Assembly (NCBI GenBank): GCA_016788825.1
Contig: JAEUSD010000002.1
Coordinates: 9,837 to 73,836, forward strand
Length of the DNA stretch: 64,000 nucleotides
DNA from: Candidatus Doudnabacteria bacterium
GTDB lineage: Bacteria; Patescibacteriota; Dojkabacteria; J137; JAEUSD01
Direction of reading: 5' to 3'
Shown: positions 28,629 through 37,498 of the stretch, piece by piece
Numbering within the stretch: position 1 is the stretch's first letter
Layout of the letters: every line of letters begins with the position of its first letter
Notes under the pieces: model-generated
Seen by the model: the letters and a program-made list of their open reading frames with translations, nothing else
What the model was told of the DNA's origin: nothing
Database searches by the model: none
Translations under genes and position numbers: made by a program

Positions 28629-28701
28629 GCCGAGGTAGCTCAGCTGGTAGAGCATTCGCCTGAAGAGCGATGGGTCGTCAGTTCAATTCTGACCCTCGGC
28701 A
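28629..28701 (+). tRNA. tRNA-Phe (anticodon GAA)
   Basis: Acceptor GCCGAGG/CCTCGGC, D-arm GCTC-AGCTGGTA-GAGC, anticodon loop CTGAAGA, T-arm GTCAG-TTCAATT-CTGAC, discriminator A. Confidence 0.85.
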
Positions 28702-28722
28702 TTTGAAAATTAAAGTTAGTTC

Positions 28723-28798
28723 GGGCAGTTAGCTCAATTGGTAGAGCTCTCCGTTTACACCGGAGTGGTTATAGGTTCGAGTCCTATACTGCCCACCA
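28723..28798 (+). tRNA. tRNA-Val (anticodon TAC), CCA encoded
   Basis: Acceptor GGGCAGT/ACTGCCC, anticodon stem CTCCG/CGGAG, loop TTTACAC, T-arm ATAGG-TTCGAGT-CCTAT, then ACCA. Confidence 0.85.
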
Positions 28799-28963
28799 AA
28801 AAAATTCCCCCAGAAAATTTTTATAAGTTATTGCACCGATGTATATCTGGGATGTATATTCTTTGGCAATGCAGAGAATCAAAGTCTTCTCTAAAAGCAA
28901 ATTTACAACCGCCCAAACCTAGGTATTTTCAGCCCCCAATTTCGGGGGCTTTTTAATTGTTAA

Positions 28964-29341
28964 TTGTCCTATATGACTATTATTGACCATGCAGAACCGG
29001 ATCCTCAATGTGAGTATGGAACGGTCAAAGATTGGGATGATCCATATAAGATAGAAGTTTACCTAGGTGATGCTTGGTTTTCTCTAGCAAGAGTATTACC
29101 GACTATTCCTAGTATTCTTGATACTGTACAGCAAGTAAATCCGAGACTTAGGGGGGTATTTACAGACGGATTGGCTGGGGGTTCTACCACAGATAGCGAT
29201 GAGCTGATGGTTTTTTATAATGGAGATTGGGCTCGATTCACAGAGCTTTTTCAACGAGATCCTAGTATTCTTAATTTGATTCTAGAAAAACAGCCTGGTC
29301 TCAAGGATACCATGTTTAATACCAAGGTAGCTGAAGTTTGA
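28964..29341 (+). CDS. Hypothetical protein (125 aa), first gene of tRNA-flanked cassette
   Basis: ORF with no recognised motif. Stop overlaps the next start (ATGA at 29338). Confidence 0.35.
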   Translation: MSYMTIIDHAEPDPQCEYGTVKDWDDPYKIEVYLGDAWFSLARVLPTIPSILDTVQQVNPRLRGVFTDGLAGGSTTDSDELMVFYNGDWARFTELFQRDPSILNLILEKQPGLKDTMFNTKVAEV

Positions 29342-29733
29342 GTATGCCTACACCCTCTCAAGAGTTGCTAAGGCAGGCCCACAGAAGGGCTTCAGACAAC
29401 GGTTTTGGGTGTTATTCTGTATTTGAGAGGAAAAGGCTTATTGACCAGGTACCTTTTGTAGAGATTACAGATGGTAATGGCCGAAAATTCCGCTTTTCAA
29501 CTGACGAGGATGATAACTTGTTCGTCGACGTCCTAACCGAGGGTGGCTGGCAGAGAGGGGAAACTTATGAGTATCCCGGAGGACAACTCATCTTTTTATT
29601 TGAAGAGCAAAACCTAAAGATTACTGCTACGCGTGAATATGTTGGAGAAGGAGCTAATATGCTTTGCCGGTGGTCTTTCTCATCACAAGTCATTGCTAGT
29701 GAGGATATTTCGGGAATAAACCTAGAGTCGTAA
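29338..29733 (+). CDS. Hypothetical protein (131 aa), second gene of cassette
   Basis: ORF translationally coupled on both sides. No recognised motif. Confidence 0.35.
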   Translation: MSMPTPSQELLRQAHRRASDNGFGCYSVFERKRLIDQVPFVEITDGNGRKFRFSTDEDDNLFVDVLTEGGWQRGETYEYPGGQLIFLFEEQNLKITATREYVGEGANMLCRWSFSSQVIASEDISGINLES

Positions 29734-29734
29734 G

Positions 29735-29923
29735 ATGGGGGAACAAACTACTCAACAATCCTTGAGCGAAGCCGTTGTAATAACGATTGAAGTTGACGGT
29801 GAGATCTGGGAGGTTGTGGGAGGCTACGATGGAAAAAGGGGGAGAGTTTATTGCCGTAAGCCTGGAACAGAAATATACAGAACTTTTACTCTTGAAGATG
29901 ACACACTTGAAGTCGAGTCTTAG
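29735..29923 (+). CDS. Hypothetical small acidic protein (62 aa), third gene of cassette
   Basis: ATG lies 2 nt after the preceding stop. Acidic, with a predicted beta-rich 'VITIEVDGEIWEVVGGYDGKRGRVYCRK'. Confidence 0.3.
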   Translation: MGEQTTQQSLSEAVVITIEVDGEIWEVVGGYDGKRGRVYCRKPGTEIYRTFTLEDDTLEVES

Positions 29924-29973
29924 CAGTTTGTTTATCCGGCCTAAATGCGATAAAATCACACAGCTTTCCAACT

Positions 29974-30049
29974 GCGGCGGTAGTTCAGTTGGTAGAACGT
30001 CTCGTTGCCAACGAGAAGGTCGCCGGTTCGAGCCCGGTTCGCCGCTCCA
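29974..30049 (+). tRNA. tRNA-Gly (anticodon GCC), CCA encoded
   Basis: Acceptor GCGGCGG/TCGCCGC (one G-U pair), anticodon stem TCTCG/CGAGA, loop TTGCCAA, T-arm GCCGG-TTCGAGC-CCGGT, discriminator U, then CCA. Confidence 0.85.
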
Positions 30050-30212
30050 AGTTTAATCTCCTGGCTTCACAGTCTTTTTCAAACTTAGTAGTTAGCACCT
30101 ACTCGACAGGGTATGGTTAAATTATTCGAGACGAGTACCAATTGAACAAAGACACTTACAGCCAAGGCTATGGGAGAGAGGTATTGTTCAAACGTAACTA
30201 GACAGAGTTGCC

Positions 30213-31259
30213 TTAACCTTCAATCCCAGCTGAGTTGAAACTAGAGAAGATGTTACGTTGAGATAGAACAATAGCATTCTGTAGCTCAAATAAATCTTTG
30301 GCGAAATCATGTGGAGGGATATCTAATCTGTCCCAATTCTGATCAAAGTGCTCAAATACACCATAATCAGTCATTGCATAAATCACTTTTAGAGTACCTT
30401 TTGGTAAAGATAGCGCATATCTGGCAAAACTGTTCCCTAATGATGCATTATTCGCACCACATACCTGCTCATATTGAAAAGGGCCAGATAAAGTATTGAG
30501 ATTTTGTTCTTCCTTAAACCATAGTTCGTATAAATCCACATAGTCTTTTCCAACGAATAATGTATATCTTACTGATCTGTCTTTAGTTGCAGTGATACCT
30601 GCTGATAAATCTATTCCTAGAGGTTTTCCTGAAAACTGCTCTGCATTCTGTAGAGCAGTTATTGCATTATCTTTTGTTAGTTCCTCTATCAAATGAATCC
30701 CTCCACCTAACTCAAAAGTTTCAAATCCTATTGTCATGGCAAGTTGCAAGAGATAAGGCAGGCTCATTTTGGATAAAGTATAGGGGCTTCCTAGTTTATT
30801 CTCTCTTTCAACTATATGCGTCCCTTCAACTGGGTCTATGTCTATCCTATACAATGTATCTCCTACACGAATACCTGCAGTAAACTTTAAAGTTGGTGTT
30901 TTCAGGTAGTCTAGTTTAGCTAAAGTTGCTAGTAATAGGTTTGGATTATTGTAGTAAGCCCTAGCTGCCTCTACTGCGGTTACTGAAGGCTCATTAACTG
31001 TAAAGCAGCCTGTACTTTTTCTCAGCTCTATGGAATTCATTGCACCAAAGTAGAGGCCCATAAGTGCAGTTGTGATCTCTGAATCGGATACTTCTAGCCC
31101 TAAATTTTCAGGTGTTATACCTTGAAGGGCTGTATTGGTGGCTAGATCGGGTAACCTTTTTACCTCTGGTGTTTGTCTGGAGGCTGTATTAGTCTCATCT
31201 GCACACGCAGCAAGGTTTAGGCATGCTGCTAAAACCAACATTGAAAGTGCTTTTCTCAT
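30213..31259 (-). CDS. Putative lipoprotein, possible Ntn-hydrolase (C45/choloylglycine-hydrolase-like) fold
   Basis: 348 aa. Signal peptide with lipobox 'LNLAAC'. The internal 'VCGANNASLGNSFARY' resembles an Ntn-hydrolase autoprocessing Cys. Weak. Confidence 0.35.
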   Translation of the reverse strand: MRKALSMLVLAACLNLAACADETNTASRQTPEVKRLPDLATNTALQGITPENLGLEVSDSEITTALMGLYFGAMNSIELRKSTGCFTVNEPSVTAVEAARAYYNNPNLLLATLAKLDYLKTPTLKFTAGIRVGDTLYRIDIDPVEGTHIVERENKLGSPYTLSKMSLPYLLQLAMTIGFETFELGGGIHLIEELTKDNAITALQNAEQFSGKPLGIDLSAGITATKDRSVRYTLFVGKDYVDLYELWFKEEQNLNTLSGPFQYEQVCGANNASLGNSFARYALSLPKGTLKVIYAMTDYGVFEHFDQNWDRLDIPPHDFAKDLFELQNAIVLSQRNIFSSFNSAGIEG

Positions 31260-31318
31260 ATACCGATTATAGCATTTCTATGGGGTGTAGAGTAGGCGGA
31301 AGCTCTTGTGTATACAGG

Positions 31319-31627
31319 TTATAGAGGTATCTCCAGCTGAACGCTAATACTTTCTCCAACCTCTAAATTCTCGGCTTTGCGAATAGCTACTTTGAGTGGC
31401 AAGAGGTATTTGCCGTCCTTGGGAAATAGGGAGGTTTTGAATTCAGTTTCGTTTATGCGAGCGGTGACCGGGATGACACCCCAGCCGTAGGTAACCATGC
31501 TGGAGATCGCTTTTATCTTGGCGCTCTGCTCCTCAGGGATTGTGACAAAGAAGAAAGGTGCCGGCCCGCGCCAATAAAATATTTCACCGGTGAATTCGAG
31601 ATCCATACCGGATTTTATGCTAAACAA
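31319..31627 (-). CDS. DUF1905 domain protein
   Basis: 102 aa. 'GWGVIPVTARINETEFKTSLFPKDGKYLLPLK' matches the conserved DUF1905 core. Confidence 0.55.
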   Translation of the reverse strand: MFSIKSGMDLEFTGEIFYWRGPAPFFFVTIPEEQSAKIKAISSMVTYGWGVIPVTARINETEFKTSLFPKDGKYLLPLKVAIRKAENLEVGESISVQLEIPL

Positions 31628-31688
31628 ATTACTTGGACAATACGCTGCTTATTGTTGCTAGAATATTACATCTTAAAAATTTTAGTAG

Positions 31689-32051
31689 ATGGCACCAAGA
31701 CACAGATTCCAATCCGTAGACGAGTATGTACAAAGCTTCCCGGCCGCAACACAAGAAGTGCTGGAGAAAATCCGCTCCACGATAAAAGAACAAGTCCCAG
31801 AAGTTACCGAAGTTATCAGTTACAACATCCCGTGCTTCAATTACCAAGGTAAGTATCTAATATACTTTGCAGGTTATGCAAAACACGTCGCAGTATACCC
31901 AGTTCATCCCGAAGAATACCCATTCGCTGAGCAATTGCAGGAATATGCATCTGGAAAAGCAACATTGCAGTTCCCGCTGTCCAAACCAATCCCATACGAT
32001 TTGATCAAAAAAATCCTGAAACACAAAATTACAGAAACTCTACCCGAATAA
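31689..32051 (+). CDS. DUF1801 (YdhG-like) domain protein
   Basis: 120 aa. 'VDEYVQSFPAATQEVLEKIRSTI...YFAGYAKHVAVYP' pattern typical of DUF1801. Confidence 0.55.
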   Translation: MAPRHRFQSVDEYVQSFPAATQEVLEKIRSTIKEQVPEVTEVISYNIPCFNYQGKYLIYFAGYAKHVAVYPVHPEEYPFAEQLQEYASGKATLQFPLSKPIPYDLIKKILKHKITETLPE

Positions 32052-32094
32052 CTAAGTATCCTGTATACTTTCAAATCAGTACGCTTCATGTAAA

Positions 32095-33243
32095 ATGAAA
32101 GAGAAGCTACAAAAAGCTTTCGTGGCATTGTTTATAGTGGGGGCGATATTCTGGATGCTGTTGGTGATCACGACGTCTTTTATTCCCAAAGATCAAAACC
32201 CCCTAATGCCCTTATTCATGGCTGTTTTGGGCGTAGATGAAGACTTTCAAGCCAAACCAAAAATAGTTACCGAAGTGAAAACCTTTGACGATCTTCTGTA
32301 CAGTCAAACATGGTACAACTTCTACGCAGTCGGCTCTTTCATTGTGATTACAGGACTGTTTACACTGACCAAAGGCCGTAACTTGGTGGAAAAATACATG
32401 ATGCTGCAAGCCTACGCGCTGCCAAGGCAGCGCGACCATTGGGGGACTGTAGTAGATAGGAAAACCCGCGTTCCCGTGGCGTTTGCCAGTATCCGTATAT
32501 TGAAACAAGACACCGGGAACGCGACATACGTTGCACAGTCCGTCGCGGATCTGGATGGAAAGTATCGACTCTACTTGGCATCCCGCGACGGCGAATACAT
32601 TCTCGAGGTGACAGCCCCCAGCTACAAGCCTTATCGGCAGAAACTGGAGTCGACATTTGTTGATGGTACAAAGGCGGTACGAGTAAATATCTTTCTGGAG
32701 AAAGAGTTGGACGACTTAAAAGTAAGCACATTGAGGCAAGTGCTAGTAAATAATCAGCCTCTACTGTTGAAATTCCTGACTGCACTTATCTTCTCACTCT
32801 CTCTGACAACTTTTTTGCATGCCGTATACAGTATCATTATGCACTTTGGTTTCGTCTCAGTTGGCAACATGATCTTCTATGGATTTGCATTGCCCTGGAA
32901 CATCTTTGTGATCTGGGAGAGGCGCAAGTTCAACCCTGGCAAAGTTCTAAACACATTAGACAATAAGCCTATAGCCGGCGTAAGCCTACAGATATTTCTA
33001 CCCAATGGGAATATGCTCTCTTTGCTGAGCGACAAAGAAGGTATTGTGAAACTTGATGTGGAGCCAGGAGAATATCAGATGAGGGTTACTAAGGCAGGCT
33101 TTCTTCTTGATGGGAAGCCAGATGCAACACTTACAGTGAGTGTAAATAGAGACGGATACCTCCGCAAGAATGTCTACATGAAGCCGACTGGCGAACAACT
33201 TGCTGACTCTAGCTCGGCTTTAGCCAATCCGTTTGGCGATTAA
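32095..33243 (+). CDS. Membrane protein with two carboxypeptidase-regulatory-like (prealbumin-fold) domains
   Basis: 382 aa with several TM segments. Two beta-sandwich-like blocks, 'GTVVDRKTRVPVAFASIRIL...DGKYRLYL' and 'IAGVSLQIFLPNGNML...EGIVKLDVEPGEYQMRVTKAGF'. Confidence 0.4.
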   Translation: MKEKLQKAFVALFIVGAIFWMLLVITTSFIPKDQNPLMPLFMAVLGVDEDFQAKPKIVTEVKTFDDLLYSQTWYNFYAVGSFIVITGLFTLTKGRNLVEKYMMLQAYALPRQRDHWGTVVDRKTRVPVAFASIRILKQDTGNATYVAQSVADLDGKYRLYLASRDGEYILEVTAPSYKPYRQKLESTFVDGTKAVRVNIFLEKELDDLKVSTLRQVLVNNQPLLLKFLTALIFSLSLTTFLHAVYSIIMHFGFVSVGNMIFYGFALPWNIFVIWERRKFNPGKVLNTLDNKPIAGVSLQIFLPNGNMLSLLSDKEGIVKLDVEPGEYQMRVTKAGFLLDGKPDATLTVSVNRDGYLRKNVYMKPTGEQLADSSSALANPFGD

Positions 33244-33274
33244 GTGCTAAAATTCTTCCCCTAAAACTTTACTT

Positions 33275-33997
33275 ATGGAAAAGAAGATATTTGTATTCGA
33301 CCTTGATGACACATTGATCGATACAGATTACAAATTTGAATTAACCTTTTGCGACTGCATAAAGACGATCCTGCTTAGCTTTGAGACGCGCGCGCCACAG
33401 ATCGACGAAGTTCTTGATGCTGCGCGCGCCTTGGACAATCATAAACTAGCGACTTATCCTGTGGAAACTAGATACCAACCGCAACGCTTGTATGATACAT
33501 GGCTAGAAACCTACGCTTTGCTTTGTGAGAAACACGGTCTCAAGCCCAAAGCGCATGTTAAGCAGCAGCTCAAAGGGTTGATTGGTCAAAACTTTGATGC
33601 TCCTTGGTACATTATTCCTGGTGCAGAAGAAACTCTCGAAAAGCTGAAAGATCTTCCAGATGTCGAACTGCATGTCCTAACCGTGGGTGACGTGCAAGTA
33701 CAACAGCGAAAGTTGCAATCAACTCAGTTGATCAGGTTCTTCAAACATGTGCAGGTTACCACGGCAGACAAACAGGCATACTTAGAACAACTAGCAAAGG
33801 AGTTTGGCGCTGGTAACGTAACAATGATAGGTAACTCGCTCAAAAGTGATATCAACCCGGCTCTTCGTGCGGGGGTAAACGTGGTGCATATCCCGCGTGG
33901 AAACTGGCATCACGCCTACGAAGAGCCGGAGACTGAATTCACCACCGTGAGAGATATTCGGGATTTGGTTAAAGCTCTAGAGCAAACAACAAACTAA
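33275..33997 (+). CDS. HAD-superfamily hydrolase
   Basis: 240 aa. Motif I 'VFDLDDTLIDT'; later Lys and 'GNSLKSDI' (motif IV-like). Confidence 0.75.
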   Translation: MEKKIFVFDLDDTLIDTDYKFELTFCDCIKTILLSFETRAPQIDEVLDAARALDNHKLATYPVETRYQPQRLYDTWLETYALLCEKHGLKPKAHVKQQLKGLIGQNFDAPWYIIPGAEETLEKLKDLPDVELHVLTVGDVQVQQRKLQSTQLIRFFKHVQVTTADKQAYLEQLAKEFGAGNVTMIGNSLKSDINPALRAGVNVVHIPRGNWHHAYEEPETEFTTVRDIRDLVKALEQTTN

Positions 33998-34233
33998 TTT
34001 TGCTGTTGTACCCTCTCAACTAAAGTCTGAATAAGTTCTTCCAGCTCTTCGTCATTTAAACCATGAACAACTGCCCCCTCTGCCAAGGTTTCAAACTCCG
34101 AAGCAAAGCACCCTACGCAGTGGAAGCCATACTCGCCAACGAGAACGTCAACTAGATAGGGATAATGCCCAATGATCTCTGCAATCGTAGAATCTTTGCT
34201 TATTTGGTATGCCGGCATACATAATGGTACCAT
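33994..34233 (-). CDS. DUF1858 redox-disulfide domain protein
   Basis: 79 aa. 'IAEIIGHYPYLVDVLVGEYGFHCVGCFASEFETLAEGAVVHGL' is the characteristic hybrid-cluster-associated disulfide domain with CxxC. Confidence 0.65.
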   Translation of the reverse strand: MVPLCMPAYQISKDSTIAEIIGHYPYLVDVLVGEYGFHCVGCFASEFETLAEGAVVHGLNDEELEELIQTLVERVQQQN

Positions 34234-34256
34234 GATAAAGCTAAATTTGCTGTCTC

Positions 34257-35447
34257 ATGCCTGAATGGAAAAAGCGTCGTAACATCGCTCGCACTAGCGA
34301 CTCACGCGCTAAATCAAAACTGAACTATCCACTTCTCTATCTCACGATCGCTTTTTGCGTGTTTGGTTCGATGATGGTCTACAGTGCGAGCGCTGTACGC
34401 GCTTATGAGAAAGGGGTAAGCCCATTCCACTATTTCGGATTACAGTTGTTGTGGTTTTTGTTGGCGGCAATCGCTGGCTACGCAGCATACAAGATCCCAC
34501 TAAAACTACTGCCCAAAGCCAGCATCGCAGTGATGGTGGTTACGATTGCCCTGCTTGCTTTGGTACTGGTGATCGGGAAAGACTTGAACGGTGCCCGCAG
34601 GTGGATTGATCTTGGGCCATTTGATTTGCAGCCGTCCGAGATTGCTAAGCTAGCGTTTGTTATTTATCTATCTGCTTGGTTGGCAAAAGCACGGCCACAT
34701 ATCAAGGATTTCCAGGAAATGGTGAAACATCACTTACAGTATGATTTACTGCCGTTTGTGATGCTGATGGTGATTGTGTGTTCATTGATTATTCTCCAGC
34801 CCGACCTAGATACAGCAGTAATAATCGCAATTACATCTTTGACTGTGTATTTTGTGTCTGGCAAAGACAACCTTCATACAATTGGTTCACTGTTTATCGT
34901 GTTGGCCTCCGGAGTGGTAGGGATATTCGCAGCGCTCCGCGCGCAATACAGATTGGACAGGGTAAATACCTATCTTGAATTCTTGCGTACTGGTAAAGTT
35001 CAAGATATCTGGGATACAGGATCACAAGTGTGGAATACTTTGATCGCTATTGGTTCTGGAGGGTTGTGGGGGCTTGGTTTCACAAACTCCCGCCAAAAGT
35101 TCAGCTATCTTCAAGATGCGGCTTTCACCGACTCTATCTTCTCAATCATTGGCGAAGAGTTTGGACTAGTGGGGAGCGTACTCGTGATCTTAGGCTTCTT
35201 ATTCTTTATGTCTTTTGGGATCGACATTGCTCGCAAAGCTACAGATAAATTTCAGGCGTTGCTCGCAGTGGGGGTAACTACTTGGATTACTCTGCAAGCG
35301 TTCTTGAACATCGGGGCGAACTTGGCAATTATCCCTTTCGGAGGAATTCCTCTGCCCTTCTTAAGTTATGGGGGAAGCAACACAATCATGATAATGATAG
35401 GTGTGGGGCTACTTCTTAATATCAGCCGACAGTCGAAGACGAATTAA
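34257..35447 (+). CDS. SEDS-family peptidoglycan glycosyltransferase (FtsW/RodA)
   Basis: 396 aa with about 10 TM segments. 'YLTIAFCVFGSMMVYSAS', 'QPSEIAKLAFVIYLSAWL' and a C-terminal 'PFLSYGGSN' typical of the SEDS family. Confidence 0.85.
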   Translation: MPEWKKRRNIARTSDSRAKSKLNYPLLYLTIAFCVFGSMMVYSASAVRAYEKGVSPFHYFGLQLLWFLLAAIAGYAAYKIPLKLLPKASIAVMVVTIALLALVLVIGKDLNGARRWIDLGPFDLQPSEIAKLAFVIYLSAWLAKARPHIKDFQEMVKHHLQYDLLPFVMLMVIVCSLIILQPDLDTAVIIAITSLTVYFVSGKDNLHTIGSLFIVLASGVVGIFAALRAQYRLDRVNTYLEFLRTGKVQDIWDTGSQVWNTLIAIGSGGLWGLGFTNSRQKFSYLQDAAFTDSIFSIIGEEFGLVGSVLVILGFLFFMSFGIDIARKATDKFQALLAVGVTTWITLQAFLNIGANLAIIPFGGIPLPFLSYGGSNTIMIMIGVGLLLNISRQSKTN

Positions 35448-36271
35448 TCTTGCAACTCTGCGAGAACTACCAAACGATTTGCATTGGAATACAAGGGAGT
35501 ACAGGTAACGATCTTGAGATAGTTGTCGGTGTCGGAGGTGGTATAGATTGAGGGATCGTTAGCCTCAAATACATTTGTAGCAATCACTTTGTACTTTAGG
35601 GTGGTGTTCAGGCTGCCGCGTACAAAGATTTCATCACCAGCGCTTACTTTATCCAAATTCCAACATGAGCGAGGGTCATAAGGGCCGAAGTATCTCCGAT
35701 GGCAAAGCAAGATAATCTCCCCTTCTCCTAGTGCCTTGGAAGTCGGATACACCCAGAACCCTCTATCTAACAGGTCATCTCCGCCTAGGCCTTGAAATAC
35801 AGGTGAAACAACTTGGATCTTGGGGATTTCCACAATAAGTTCGGTCTGAGGTGTTTCGTTTGTGCTGCCGTAGCCGGCCAATTGGGCATCTGTCAGGATG
35901 GCGTCGCGCAAGCCGGCTACGGCAGACGAGCCCGTGCCGACCGCGGCCGCGGTCGGCACGGGGAAATTGTAACTATAGCTTGCTGGAACTACACTCGGAG
36001 CAGATGACGAAGTCGACTCACTAGTAGTGCTCGCACTACTTGAACTCGATGTACTCTCACTTGAAGTAGTGGTAACTTGCGAATTGGTGGCAATCGAAAA
36101 GTTATAGTCGACCGTAGCCAGTCGAATATTGATACCAATGAAATTTAAAGCAGCGTTTACACCAGGAGAAATAATATTCCAGAGCGAGCTACCAATCGCG
36201 ACCAGACTAACTGTACACACGACGAGAACAACAATGATAATTATGGCTGTATTGCGATCTTCCTTCTTCAT
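35444..36271 (-). CDS. Sortase-family transpeptidase
   Basis: TM anchor, Ser/Thr linker, then a catalytic domain with His ('ILLCHRRY') and a TLxTC-type Cys ('LKIVTCTP'). The longer ORF reaches 36487 but would overlap the divergent gene, so the start is taken at the internal ATG (MKKEDRN). Confidence 0.7.
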   Translation of the reverse strand: MKKEDRNTAIIIIVVLVVCTVSLVAIGSSLWNIISPGVNAALNFIGINIRLATVDYNFSIATNSQVTTTSSESTSSSSSASTTSESTSSSAPSVVPASYSYNFPVPTAAAVGTGSSAVAGLRDAILTDAQLAGYGSTNETPQTELIVEIPKIQVVSPVFQGLGGDDLLDRGFWVYPTSKALGEGEIILLCHRRYFGPYDPRSCWNLDKVSAGDEIFVRGSLNTTLKYKVIATNVFEANDPSIYTTSDTDNYLKIVTCTPLYSNANRLVVLAELQD

Positions 36272-36361
36272 ATAATTGATTATATCAATAAAATCGTTAA
36301 AGGTTGAAAGTCCCAGCCTTAAAGTGTTAATATCCCCTATACTTCTTATATACACAGGTAT

Positions 36362-37498
36362 ATGTTTTCCAGCAAAACTATAAAAATAGTGTTCTTCGTG
36401 TATACCTTGGCGATTATGGCTGTATTGCTTCTTGTACAAGGGAGTGTGATATTTAAAGGTGTAGAGAACATAAGAGCTCAAGGACAAAATTGTTGTAGTG
36501 ATCCAAGTTGGACAGGTTTTTTAGGTCAATGTGGCACACCAGGAGGTCCTACTTTTGAGCAAGGCTATTATGCTTGTGTGGAAGGTCAATGTTCTATTTG
36601 TCAGGGTGGTGGCCCAGTTTGTGGAAATGGTAGTTGTGAAGGCGGTGAGAATCAGAATAACTGTCCGCTAGATTGTCCCGGAAACGGTAACCCGCCAGCT
36701 CCTCCAACTGGAAGTGGATGTCAGGTCGAGAATGAGGCAGCAGCATGCAGCCGCGTGGTGAATTGGGGCGGGATCGATGCCGTTGCAATGGTTGAACAGC
36801 AGGCGCGGAACAACCCCGGTGTTCAGTATATGGCTTGGTGCGATATAAATACTGGCCAGGTCAGTGCAACGACTGGTCATATGGGTGATTGTGGTTGTCC
36901 TACTTTGACATCAAATGGCGGTTTGGTAACTGGTAGTTGTGGCGTATGTGCAAACCCCACTGCAATTTATCAGGTGATTGTGACTCCACCACCACCACCA
37001 CCACCGCCCCCACCACCTCCTCCACCCCCACCGCCGCCACCTCCACCGCCTCCGGGTAACCCAGGCATCGATGTGGAAAAAGTTGTGTTGGGTGGGCAGA
37101 CAATCTTCCCAGGCGGTAGCGTCGTGCCATTCCAGATTTTGGTCACCAATACAGGGAACACAACTATAGATGAGGTGTTCTTTGAAGATACTTACAACGT
37201 AACTTATTTAGATTTTGTATCAATATTTGGTCAACGTACTGGTGGCGCAGTAGTTAACCTATTGCCAGTAGCAATAGTGGATGAAATCTCTGGACGGATA
37301 GTGATCAATAACCTTGCAGCGCTAAATGCTCTTGGACCAATTGCTCCTGGCCAACAGTACATTATTACAATGAACTTTATCGCCCGCGCAACGGTTGATA
37401 GGACTTGCAACAACGTCTATGTACGTGAAGATGGCAATGGACCTGAGGATCGAGATGACGCATGCGTAGGTGTATTGCCACCAGATACAGATATTTAG
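36362..37498 (+). CDS. Secreted Cys-rich protein with poly-proline (P24) linker and C-terminal DUF11 domain
   Basis: 378 aa with an N-terminal signal anchor and a roughly 170-aa Cys/Gly-rich region ('GQCSICQGGGPVCGNGSCEGGENQNNCPLDCPGNG'). 24 consecutive Pro residues. DUF11-like 'VVPFQILVTNTGNTTIDEVFFEDTYNVTYLDFVS'. Ends '...VLPPDTDI'. Confidence 0.55.
   Translation: MFSSKTIKIVFFVYTLAIMAVLLLVQGSVIFKGVENIRAQGQNCCSDPSWTGFLGQCGTPGGPTFEQGYYACVEGQCSICQGGGPVCGNGSCEGGENQNNCPLDCPGNGNPPAPPTGSGCQVENEAAACSRVVNWGGIDAVAMVEQQARNNPGVQYMAWCDINTGQVSATTGHMGDCGCPTLTSNGGLVTGSCGVCANPTAIYQVIVTPPPPPPPPPPPPPPPPPPPPPPPGNPGIDVEKVVLGGQTIFPGGSVVPFQILVTNTGNTTIDEVFFEDTYNVTYLDFVSIFGQRTGGAVVNLLPVAIVDEISGRIVINNLAALNALGPIAPGQQYIITMNFIARATVDRTCNNVYVREDGNGPEDRDDACVGVLPPDTDI
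36976..37047 (+). repeat. Low-complexity CCN codon run encoding 24 prolines
   Basis: ccaccaccaccaccaccgcccccaccacctcctccacccccaccgccgccacctccaccgcctccg lies within the CDS 36362..37498. Confidence 0.9.

Noticed and set aside
28629-30049. Integrated mobile element or genomic island at the tRNA cluster
   Set aside because: No integrase, recombinase or transposase gene and no duplicated tRNA 3'-end direct repeat. Only the three-gene cassette is flagged, as a finding.
29787-30056. 89-aa ORF on the + strand
   Set aside because: Overlaps tRNA-Gly(GCC) and the 3' end of the cassette. Almost certainly spurious.
36272-36487. Extended N-terminus of the sortase ORF (to 36487)
   Set aside because: Would overlap the divergent secreted-protein gene by 125 bp. 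The internal Met immediately precedes the TM anchor, so the shorter model is preferred.
37470-37498. C-terminal 'LPPDTDI' as a bona fide sortase signal
   Set aside because: Lacks the hydrophobic segment and basic tail of canonical sorting signals. Kept only as a motif coincidence within the sortase finding.
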